Assembly: GCA_963767005.1 (NCBI GenBank)
Contig: CAVYCN010000002.1
Location: 576,001 to 640,000 of the forward strand
DNA from: an uncultured Actinomycetes bacterium
GTDB lineage: Bacteria > Actinomycetota > Thermoleophilia > UBA2241
Direction: 5' to 3'
DNA: 64,000 nucleotides
In this document: positions 56,430-64,000 of the stretch, piece by piece
How positions within the stretch are numbered: the stretch's first letter is position 1
Layout of the letters: every line of letters starts with the position of its first letter
Notes under the pieces: generated by a model
Told to the model about the DNA's origin: nothing
Databases searched by the model: none
The model's input: the letters and a program-made list of their open reading frames with translations, nothing else
Translations under genes and position numbers: made by a program

Positions 56430-57638
56430 TCAGGCCCGTCCCGGCAGGTTCCAGACCGTGCCCGGCGGCGCGGCGGCGGGGCGCGGCAGCAGCGCCGCGA
56501 GCGCCGCGACCGCCAGCGGCAGGGCGGCGATCACGTAGACCACGGCGACCGGTCCGGCGGCGTCGCCGAGCACGCCGAGCAGCGCCACGATCAGCCCGCC
56601 GACGCCGCTCGTGAAACCGATGGTGAGGCCCGTGGCGAGGCCCATGTGCCGCGGCAGGTACTCCTGGGCGAGGACGAGGGCGATGCCGACGTTGGTGTTC
56701 AGACAGAACCCCACGGGCACGGCGAGCACGAGGATCCCCGCGTACCCCAGGCTGGGGACCAGGGCCAGCAGAGGCAGCAGCACGAGCTGCGGCCAGATCA
56801 GCACCGCGCGCCTGCCGAACCGCTGAGCGGCGATGCCGCCGGCCAGCGTGCCGAGCGCCTCGGCGCCGAGCAGCACGCCGGTGACGACGGTGCTCCAGCC
56901 CGGCGAAACGCCGCGCGTGCGCTCGAGGAACAGCGGCACGTAGGTGAGCAGGCCGATACTGACGCTGCCGGCGACGCAGAACTGCGCGAGCAGTAGACCG
57001 AACGGCCGCCACTCCGAGACGAGCGCCTCGACCGGCCGGAACCCTCCGTCGTCGCCGGCACGAGCACGAAAGCGCGCCAGGCCGACGGTCACGGCGACAG
57101 CCGCGGCCGCCGGCACGAGCATCATGAGCGGCGTGCCGTGCAGGCCAAGGGGGAGCACGACCGCAAGCACGAGCGGCGTGCTGAGGGCGTAGCCCAGCGT
57201 GCCGCCGACCGAGAAGACGCTCATGTCGGCGGCGACGCGCTCCCCGGACGCGAACCGGGCCCAGCGAGCTCCCTCTGGGTGGTACGCCGCGACTCCGGCG
57301 CTGCAGACCACGACGGCGAGGAGCGTGAGTGGGAAGCTCGGCGTCAGCCCGACCGTGCCGACACCGACGGCGGCGAGCGCGAGGCCGACCGGCAACAGCC
57401 ATCGTGCCCTGCCGCTGCGGCTGTCGCCGTGCACGCCGACCGTGGGCTGCACCAGAGCGGTCGCGAGGCTGCCGACGAGGGCGAAGATGCCGGCCTGGCT
57501 CAAGCTGTAGTGGCGCGCGCCGGCGAGCGACGGCAGGAGCGCGAACAGGCCGCCGGAGCAGAGGTCGACGCTGCCGTGCCCGAGGGCGAGCGCGAGCAGG
57601 GTGGGCCGCGAGGCCGCGCGCGCGGCGACGACGCTCAC
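56430..57638 (-). CDS. MFS transporter (Fsr-like)
   Basis: GHGSVD, VQP, AAYHPEG, FSVGGTLGY, QEYLP. Confidence 0.88.
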   Translation of the reverse strand: MSVVAARAASRPTLLALALGHGSVDLCSGGLFALLPSLAGARHYSLSQAGIFALVGSLATALVQPTVGVHGDSRSGRARWLLPVGLALAAVGVGTVGLTPSFPLTLLAVVVCSAGVAAYHPEGARWARFASGERVAADMSVFSVGGTLGYALSTPLVLAVVLPLGLHGTPLMMLVPAAAAVAVTVGLARFRARAGDDGGFRPVEALVSEWRPFGLLLAQFCVAGSVSIGLLTYVPLFLERTRGVSPGWSTVVTGVLLGAEALGTLAGGIAAQRFGRRAVLIWPQLVLLPLLALVPSLGYAGILVLAVPVGFCLNTNVGIALVLAQEYLPRHMGLATGLTIGFTSGVGGLIVALLGVLGDAAGPVAVVYVIAALPLAVAALAALLPRPAAAPPGTVWNLPGRA

Positions 57639-57840
57639 CGGCGCTCGCGGCGCCGACCGCCGTCCGGCCGGGCGCCCGTCACGCCGTGTCCCTGTGCTGC
57701 GCTCCGACCCATCCCGCCCGGCACTCTATCACCGCCGCGTGGCCGGCTCTCGCCCCGCCGGCGGACGTTCCGTATCCCCTGCACCACACCTGCTATGACA
57801 GAATGGAGCCACCGAAGAACGGACCGAGGAGGGGTCGACC

Positions 57841-59445
57841 GTGCGTCAGCGCTGCGCGTTGCTTTCCGTCTACGACAAGACCGGCATCGAGGACTTCGCC
57901 CGGACCCTGACCGAGTCGGGCTTTCGCATCTACGCCTCGGGCGGCACCGCGCGCACGCTGGCGGCCGCGGGCATCGACACGACCGACGTCGCGACCCTCG
58001 TCGGCGGCGCCGCGATCCTCGGCCACCGCGTCGTCACGCTGTCGCGCGAGGTCCACGCCGGCCTGCTCGCCCGGCCGGTGCCCGAGGACTTGGCCGAGCT
58101 CGACGCGCTCGGAGTGCCGTTCATCGACCTCGTCTGCGTCGACCTCTACCCGCTCACGGCCGAGATCGCACGGCCCGACGCCACGACTGCATCGGTGATC
58201 GAGAAGACCGACATCGGCGGGCCCACCATGCTGCGCTCGGCGGCCAAGGGGCGACGCATCGTGGTCAGCCTGCCCGAGCAGCGCGCCGCGGTGCTCGCCT
58301 GGCTCGCCGCCGGCGAGCCCGACGCCGACGCCTTCCGCAACGACCTGGCGGCGCGTGCCGAGGCGGTGGTCGCCGACTACTGCCTGGCGTCGGCCCGTTA
58401 TCACTCGGACGGCCGTTTCGACGGCGTCGTGGCCCAGGCCGCGCAGACCCTCAAGTACGGCGAGAACGCGCCCCAGGCGCCCGCCCACCTCCTGACCGTG
58501 CCCACCGGCGACCCGCTCGCGCTCGACCGGCTGACGCTGCTGGCCGGCACCGCGCCGAGCTACAACAACCTCGCCGAGGTCGCCCGCCAGATCCAGACCG
58601 TGACCCACGTCGCCGCCGGCTTCGAGCGCAACTTCGGCGCCGTACCCTGCATCGCGCTCGGCACCAAGCACGGCAACGCCTGCGGCGCGGCGGCGGGCGA
58701 CGACCCCATCGACGTCGTGCGCACGATGGTGATGGGCGACCCCCGCGCCATCTTCGGCGGCCTCGTCATGCTCAACTTCGCGGTGACCGAGGAGATCGCC
58801 GGCGAGCTGCTCACCTGGGGCGTGAGCGAGGGCCGCCGCGTGCTCGACGCCGTGACCGCACCGGCGTTCGAGCCCGCCGCCGTGCAGCTGCTGTCGCGCA
58901 AGGGCGACAAGTGCCGGTTCCTGGTAAGCGAGGCCCTGGGCTCGCTCGGCGTGGCGTCGCTCGACGCGACGCCGATGCTGCGCCAGGTGCGCGGCGGGTT
59001 CCTGCGTCAGCCCAACTACACGTTCGTGCCCGACCTGGCTGCCCCCGAGGTTGCCCGCATCGGCGAGCTCAGCGACGCGCAGCGCCGCGACCTCGTCCTG
59101 GCCTGGGCGATCTGCGCCACGTCGAACTCGAACACGGTCACCCTCGTGCGCGAGGCCGGCCTGATCGGCAACGGCGTCGGCCAGCAGGACCGCGTCGGCT
59201 GCTGTGAGCTCGCCCTCAAGCGCGCGGCCGACGCCGGCCACGACGCGGCCGGCGCGATCGCGGCGAGCGACAGCTTCTTCCCGCGCTCGGACGGCCCGCA
59301 GACCCTGATCGACGCCGGCGTCGCCGCCATCTGGGCGACCTCGGGCTCGGTGCGCGACGGCGAGACGCAGGACCTCTGCCGCGCGCGCGGAGTGGCGCTC
59401 TGGCAGGTGCCCGACGCGGTCGGCCGCGGCTTCTTCGGGCATTAG
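57841..59445 (+). CDS. purH: Bifunctional AICAR transformylase/IMP cyclohydrolase, divergent
   Basis: ALLSVYDKTG, SGGT, DIGGPTMLRSAAK, LKYGEN, SYNN, KHGNACG, GVGQQDRV, ASDSFFP. Confidence 0.9.
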   Translation: MRQRCALLSVYDKTGIEDFARTLTESGFRIYASGGTARTLAAAGIDTTDVATLVGGAAILGHRVVTLSREVHAGLLARPVPEDLAELDALGVPFIDLVCVDLYPLTAEIARPDATTASVIEKTDIGGPTMLRSAAKGRRIVVSLPEQRAAVLAWLAAGEPDADAFRNDLAARAEAVVADYCLASARYHSDGRFDGVVAQAAQTLKYGENAPQAPAHLLTVPTGDPLALDRLTLLAGTAPSYNNLAEVARQIQTVTHVAAGFERNFGAVPCIALGTKHGNACGAAAGDDPIDVVRTMVMGDPRAIFGGLVMLNFAVTEEIAGELLTWGVSEGRRVLDAVTAPAFEPAAVQLLSRKGDKCRFLVSEALGSLGVASLDATPMLRQVRGGFLRQPNYTFVPDLAAPEVARIGELSDAQRRDLVLAWAICATSNSNTVTLVREAGLIGNGVGQQDRVGCCELALKRAADAGHDAAGAIAASDSFFPRSDGPQTLIDAGVAAIWATSGSVRDGETQDLCRARGVALWQVPDAVGRGFFGH

Positions 59446-59495
59446 GCCACGCAGGCCTGAGCGTCGACGACGTCGTCGCCTGACGGCGTGATCGC

Positions 59496-59531
59496 GCCGC
59501 CCTGCGCGGGTCACGACCCGCGCAGGGCGGC
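59496..59531. terminator. 17-bp perfect hairpin between convergent genes
   Basis: GCCGCCCTGCGCGGGTC-ac-GACCCGCGCAGGGCGGC. Confidence 0.75.
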
Positions 59532-59622
59532 CGACAGGCTCACCTGATGTGAAGAGCGGCCGACGTTCGGCCGACCCGCGCCGTCCGGGGGTGGTCCGGT
59601 TGGGTCTTCGTCGGCGCGTCCG

Positions 59623-59925
59623 TCACGAACTGTGGGCCCGATAGAAGCTCTCGAGCCGGTCGCCCTCGTCGCGGCTGAGCATGCCCTTCGCCTTGAACGA
59701 CGGGGCGCTGTCGATGAACGCGCTCCCGTGCGGCACCACGACCTTGCCGCCCGGCGTCTCGACGACGTCCATCGGCACGAGCAGGTCGCGTGCCAGGAAG
59801 CGTGAGATGACGAGGTAGGTACGGTCGGTCGCATCGTCGCCGATCAGGGCCCTGATCTTGCCGAGCTTGGCGCCGTCACGCGAGAACGCTTCCAGCCCCA
59901 CCAGCTCGTCGACAGCGGTCGTCAT
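59623..59925 (-). CDS. PRC-barrel domain protein
   Basis: LVGLEAFSRDGAKLGKI, LVP, IDSAP...LESFY; AGGAGGAG SD. Confidence 0.8.
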   Translation of the reverse strand: MTTAVDELVGLEAFSRDGAKLGKIRALIGDDATDRTYLVISRFLARDLLVPMDVVETPGGKVVVPHGSAFIDSAPSFKAKGMLSRDEGDRLESFYRAHSS

Positions 59926-60157
59926 GACCGGTCTCCTCCTTTCCGCGCGGCCCGGCGGCGTGCGCCGCGGACCGTCGTCGGCTCGTCTGACCGTACCGTG
60001 ACTGTACGAAGGGACGCCGCGCGACACATCGCCCGAAGGGCGCATCTTCGGGTCGGTCAGCCGACCGAGGCGACCGGCGGCGCTCGAGGGCGTAAGCTGG
60101 CCCCCGCGGCTCTTGTCGCGTGAGCGCACGGCGCGAAAGACGGCGAGGAGGACGGAC

Positions 60158-61381
60158 GTGACAGACGAGCACCACACGGGACGTGACGCGGTGAGCGCGT
60201 TCGGCTCTTTCGAGCCGCCGCGGCGGACGCTGATGGGCCCCGGGCCCTCCAACGTCCACCCGCGCGTGCTGGCCGCCACGGCGCGCCCCACCATCGGGCA
60301 CCTCGACCCCGCCTTCGTCGCCATGATGGAAGAGGTCAAGGAGCTCCTGCGCTACGCGTTCCAGACCGGCAACGGCACGACGTTCCCCATCTCGGGCCCA
60401 GGCTCGGTGGGCATGGAGTCCTGCTTCGTCAATCTCGTGGAGCCGGACGACACGGTGGTCGTGTGCCGCAATGGGGCCTTCGGCGGCCGCATGGTCGAGA
60501 ACGTCGAGCGCTGCGGCGGCCGGGCCGTCGTCGTCGACGACGACTGGGGCCGCCCCGTGTCGCTCGACAAGGTCGCGGCCGCGCTCGACGCGCACCCCGC
60601 GGCACGGGTCGTCGCGTTCGTGCAGGCCGAGACCTCGACCGGGGCGCACACCGACCCCGGCCCCCTCGTGGCCCTCGCCCACGAGCACCGCTGCCTGACG
60701 ATCGTCGACACCGTGACGGCGCTGGGCGGCTGCCCTGTGAAGGTCGACGAGTGGGAGATCGACGCGGTCTATGCGGGGACGCAGAAGTGCCTGTCGTGCC
60801 CGCCCGGCCTTGCTCCGGTCAGCTTCGGCGAACGCGCCCTCGAGCGCGTCCGGGCGCGCACGACGCGCTGCCAGAGCTGGTTCATGGACCTCGACCTGCA
60901 GCTCGGCTACTGGGCCGCCGGCACGCGCACGTACCACCACACGGCGCCGGTGAACGCCCTCTACGGGCTGCACGAGGCGCTGCGCCTGCTCGCCGAGGAG
61001 GGCCTCGAGGCGGCCTGGGCGCGCCACCGTCGCAACCACGAGGCGCTCGTCGCCGGGTTCGAGGCCATGGGCCTGCGCCAGCACGTCGCGGCGGGCGACC
61101 GCCTGCCGCAGCTCAACCTCGTCGTGGTGCCCGAGGGCGTCGACGAGGCGGCCGTGCGGCGCCGCCTGCTCGACGACTTCGACCTCGAGGTGGGCGCCGG
61201 CCTGGGCACGCTGGCCGGCAAGGTCTGGCGCGTCGGTCTCATGGGCGAGACCTGTCGCCCGGAGACGGTGCTCCTGTGCCTCGATGCCTTCGAGCGCGTG
61301 CTCGTGTCGCTGGGCGCGTCGCTGCCGCAGGGCGCCGGCGTCGCCGCGGCCCGCGCGCTCCTGCCGACGCGGACCGGCTAG
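60158..61381 (+). CDS. Alanine-glyoxylate/serine-pyruvate aminotransferase (class V PLP)
   Basis: LMGPGPSNVHPRV, AETSTG, IVDTVT, GTQKCLSCPPG, YHHTAP, WRVGLMG. Confidence 0.93.
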   Translation: MTDEHHTGRDAVSAFGSFEPPRRTLMGPGPSNVHPRVLAATARPTIGHLDPAFVAMMEEVKELLRYAFQTGNGTTFPISGPGSVGMESCFVNLVEPDDTVVVCRNGAFGGRMVENVERCGGRAVVVDDDWGRPVSLDKVAAALDAHPAARVVAFVQAETSTGAHTDPGPLVALAHEHRCLTIVDTVTALGGCPVKVDEWEIDAVYAGTQKCLSCPPGLAPVSFGERALERVRARTTRCQSWFMDLDLQLGYWAAGTRTYHHTAPVNALYGLHEALRLLAEEGLEAAWARHRRNHEALVAGFEAMGLRQHVAAGDRLPQLNLVVVPEGVDEAAVRRRLLDDFDLEVGAGLGTLAGKVWRVGLMGETCRPETVLLCLDAFERVLVSLGASLPQGAGVAAARALLPTRTG

Positions 61382-61384
61382 CGC

Positions 61385-61423
61385 GCGGGGCGGGGCGCCC
61401 CGTCCCGGGGCGCCCCGCCCCGC
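61385..61423. terminator. 18-bp perfect hairpin between convergent genes
   Basis: GCGGGGCGGGGCGCCCCG-tcc-CGGGGCGCCCCGCCCCGC. Confidence 0.8.
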
Positions 61424-61427
61424 ACCG

Positions 61428-62144
61428 TCACTCGCTCGTCGGCAGGTGCACGTACATGGATTGCACGCCGACCCGTCCCGGCCCGCGGAAGCGGTTGAAC
61501 ATGAGCTGGCCGGCACCGCCGAAGATGCCGGTCTTCAAGCCGTAGACCGTCGGCTTCATCTGCACGCTGTGGTCGTGGTAGATCCAGCCGCCGGGCTCGA
61601 TGTCGATCTCCTCGCCCGCGCCGAGCACCTTCTCGAAGACGTTGCCGTAGCCGTGCAGCCAGACGACGCCCTCGCCCTGCGTCGCCGCGAAGGTGTCGAC
61701 GAAAAAGCCGCTGCCCCCGAAGAGCATGTTGCCGATGCCCTTGAGGCGCTGGAAGCTGAAGTCGACGTTGCCGGTGGCGCAGAGCATCTGATGCTCGCGC
61801 ACGACGACGCTCTGCCCCTGCTGCAGGTGCAGGGGGACGATGTGCCCGGCGCCGTCGCGTGAGAAGGCGATCTCGCCGGGTCCGCGGGCCTCGGTCATGA
61901 AGATCTGCATGCCGGACACCATGCGCTTGAAGGTGCCCTTCATCGCGCGGATGCCGATCTCGAGCTGGGGGCTCTTCCACAGCACGATGTGGTGCTCGAA
62001 ATACACCGGAGTCTGGCCGTTCAACGCGAGGTGGAGCACCGGTACGAGCTCGCCCTCGATGCGGTAGCCGATGCCGGCCGCCTGGCCGTCCTGCACCTGC
62101 GTGGGCAAGAGCATGGGTGGTGCGCCGCCGACGATCGTGCTCAC
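61428..62144 (-). CDS. AIM24/DUF124 family protein
   Basis: YRIEGELVPVL, GPGEIAF, LFGGSGFF, GPGRVGVQSM; AAGGAGG SD. Confidence 0.85.
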   Translation of the reverse strand: MSTIVGGAPPMLLPTQVQDGQAAGIGYRIEGELVPVLHLALNGQTPVYFEHHIVLWKSPQLEIGIRAMKGTFKRMVSGMQIFMTEARGPGEIAFSRDGAGHIVPLHLQQGQSVVVREHQMLCATGNVDFSFQRLKGIGNMLFGGSGFFVDTFAATQGEGVVWLHGYGNVFEKVLGAGEEIDIEPGGWIYHDHSVQMKPTVYGLKTGIFGGAGQLMFNRFRGPGRVGVQSMYVHLPTSE

Positions 62145-62217
62145 AACGCCTCCTTGGATCGGGTCGTGCAACTGCTACGCCACGCGACTCCGACTACCTT
62201 CTTCGGGGGGCGATGGT

Positions 62218-63417
62218 TCAGGCGAGCGCCTGCGCGAGGTCGGCGATCAGGTCGTCGGCATCCTCGATGCCGACGGAGTAGCGGATCAGCCCCTCGGGGA
62301 TGCCCATGGCCGCGCGCTCCTCGGCCGTGCACTCGACGTGGCTCGTGGTCGCGGGCGGCCCGGCGATCGTCTCGACAGCGCCGAGGTTGGCGGCGCGGTG
62401 CGCCAGGCGCAGGCTCGGCAGGACACGCTTCACGGCGTCGAAGCCGTCTTCGAGCATGAAGCTGAGGACCCCGCCGAAGCCGCGCATCTGGCGCAGGGCG
62501 ATCTCGTGGCCCGGGTGCGACTCGAGGCCGGGGTAGTAGACGGCGGCCACGCCCGGCTGCTCCGCAAGCCAGCGCGCGATGCGCAGGGCGCTCTCGTTCT
62601 GCTGGCGGATGCGCAGGTAGAGCGTCTTCATGCTGCGGATCAGCAGGTAGGCGGCCATCGGGTCGAGCGCGGCGCCGGTGATCTCGCGGTAGTGGAACAC
62701 GCGGGCCACGAGCTCGGCGTCGCCGCACACGACGCCGCCGAGCACGTCGGCGTGGCCGCCCAGGAACTTGGTGGCGCTGTGCAGCACGAGGTCGGCGCCC
62801 AGGGCGAGCGGGTTCTGGTTGACCGGCGTGGCGAAGGTGTTGTCGGCGACCACCAGGGCGCCGGCGCGGTGAGCGGCCGCCGCCAAGCGCGCGATGTCGA
62901 TGACCTTGAGCGTCGGGTTCGTCGGCGTCTCGAGGTAGACCAGCCGGCAGCCGCGCGCGATCTCGGCCTCGAGCCGCTCGTGGTCGGTCGTGTCGCAGAG
63001 CTCGACCTCGACGCCCTGGCGCGGCAGGAAGCTCGTGAAGAGCTGGTTCGTGCCGCCGTAGGTGTCCTTGACCGACACCACGCGTTCGCCCGGTGCGACG
63101 AGCGCGAATAGGGTGTTGCTCACCGCTGCCATGCCGCTCGCGAAGCTCGTGGCTGCCGCCGCGCCCTCGAGCACGCGCACCTTTTCCTCGAAGGCGTGCA
63201 CGGTCGGGTTGGTGTTGCGCGAGTAGATGTGGCCGGGCACGCGCCCCAGGGCGACGTCGAGCCACGCGTCGACGTCGGGGTAGCCGTACGCCACGCTGTA
63301 GACGACCGGCACCTGGGTGGCACCGAGCAGGGACGGTCCGTCCTCGCCGGCGCGCACCGCCAGAGTGGCCGACGACAGGGCTTGCTGCGGTCGCTCACTG
63401 CGCGCGTCGTCTGTCAT
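62218..63417 (-). CDS. Cys/Met metabolism PLP enzyme (cystathionine gamma-synthase/lyase family)
   Basis: [50 protein letters not shown]. Confidence 0.93.
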   Translation of the reverse strand: MTDDARSERPQQALSSATLAVRAGEDGPSLLGATQVPVVYSVAYGYPDVDAWLDVALGRVPGHIYSRNTNPTVHAFEEKVRVLEGAAAATSFASGMAAVSNTLFALVAPGERVVSVKDTYGGTNQLFTSFLPRQGVEVELCDTTDHERLEAEIARGCRLVYLETPTNPTLKVIDIARLAAAAHRAGALVVADNTFATPVNQNPLALGADLVLHSATKFLGGHADVLGGVVCGDAELVARVFHYREITGAALDPMAAYLLIRSMKTLYLRIRQQNESALRIARWLAEQPGVAAVYYPGLESHPGHEIALRQMRGFGGVLSFMLEDGFDAVKRVLPSLRLAHRAANLGAVETIAGPPATTSHVECTAEERAAMGIPEGLIRYSVGIEDADDLIADLAQALA

Positions 63418-63469
63418 GTCGCCTCTCCTCGGAAGGTGGTTACCAGCGCCGTGCGGTCGCGGCGCCGGA

Positions 63470-63847
63470 TCAGTCGACGTCGGGCAGGAGCTCGGCCCGG
63501 CCCGTCTCGGGCGGCGCGCCGACCACGAGGACGACGAGCTCGGCGTCGGCCTCGTTGCGGATCTGCTGGCCGGTGTCGGTGCCGACCACGGCCACGCCGC
63601 CGCGCGGCAGCACGGCGCGCTCGGGCGGGTCGCCGAGCAGGAGCGTCGCGGTGCCCTCGAGGACGACGAACATCTCCTCCTGGGCATGCTCGACGTGACG
63701 CGTGCCACGCGTGCCGGGCGGCAGGTGCCAGATGTTCGCCCGCATGCCGGCCAGGTCGTCGGACAGGGGCGTGAGGCGGCGACGCTGGTCGCCGCGCTTG
63801 GGCGACTGCAGCTCGCACGCGCCCGGCAGAAAGACCCTGAAGCTCAT
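63470..63847 (-). CDS. Cupin domain protein
   Basis: HVEHAQEEMFVVLEG...QIRN...LVVGAP. Confidence 0.8.
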   Translation of the reverse strand: MSFRVFLPGACELQSPKRGDQRRRLTPLSDDLAGMRANIWHLPPGTRGTRHVEHAQEEMFVVLEGTATLLLGDPPERAVLPRGGVAVVGTDTGQQIRNEADAELVVLVVGAPPETGRAELLPDVD

Positions 63848-64000
63848 GTCGGCAGGCTAGCCGACGGCCGCCGGGCGGTCAACAGGAGCCCGGGATAGGG
63901 GATAGGGACGCGAGAAATGTCCGGTTGCGTGACATCGGCCAAAGATCGACACTGCCGCGAGGGTGCCGGCGACGGCTCTCCTGCCCGCTCGCCGCGCTGC

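Noticed and set aside
59540-59570. Hammerhead-like CTGATG...GAA
   Set aside because: The core is CTGATGT rather than CTGATGA and the three flanking stems are absent
63418-63470. SAM riboswitch upstream of the Cys/Met PLP enzyme
   Set aside because: The gap is only ~50 bp and has no SAM-I/IV consensus
1-64000. Many long Arg/Ala/Pro-rich ORFs in the six-frame track (e.g. 812-2548, 9134-11650, 39815-42046, 54033-56405, 57138-59207)
   Set aside because: They are alternate-frame or antisense shadows of recognisable genes, expected in very GC-rich DNA, and carry no motifs

Overview
A 64-kb, very GC-rich chromosomal window with dense genes and no transposases, rRNA, canonical tRNA or CRISPR array. 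The gene content suggests a high-GC Actinomycetota, possibly an anaerobe or facultative anaerobe; this is inferred, not tested. About 55 CDS are supportable, and most long ORFs in the track are GC-rich shadow frames. Main candidate for an undescribed system (13.16-17.7 kb): a sigma-28-like promoter and a c-di-GMP-I riboswitch precede a secreted subtilase ending in 8 tandem RYSWS pentapeptides. That gene is translationally coupled to a multi-TM sensor PP2C phosphatase, followed by an RsbW-like kinase and a STAS protein. This looks like protease-encoded peptide signalling wired to partner switching. Second highlight (19.9-23.7 kb): a whole APC amino-acid transporter fused to GAF domains and a NarX-type histidine kinase. 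Its close unfused paralogue lies 6 kb away in a LacI-operator-marked catabolic cluster (eda, kdgK, ALDH, SDR, class III aminotransferase, flavin oxidoreductases). Also present: a PlsA/PlsR-like ether-lipid gene pair near a radical SAM gene, a Fic-nucleotidyltransferase fusion with an apparent ATC start, a dispersed repeat anchored on TAG stop codons, a candidate structured RNA, a divergent PurH and many long perfect hairpins. All calls come from reading motifs by eye; no searches were run.
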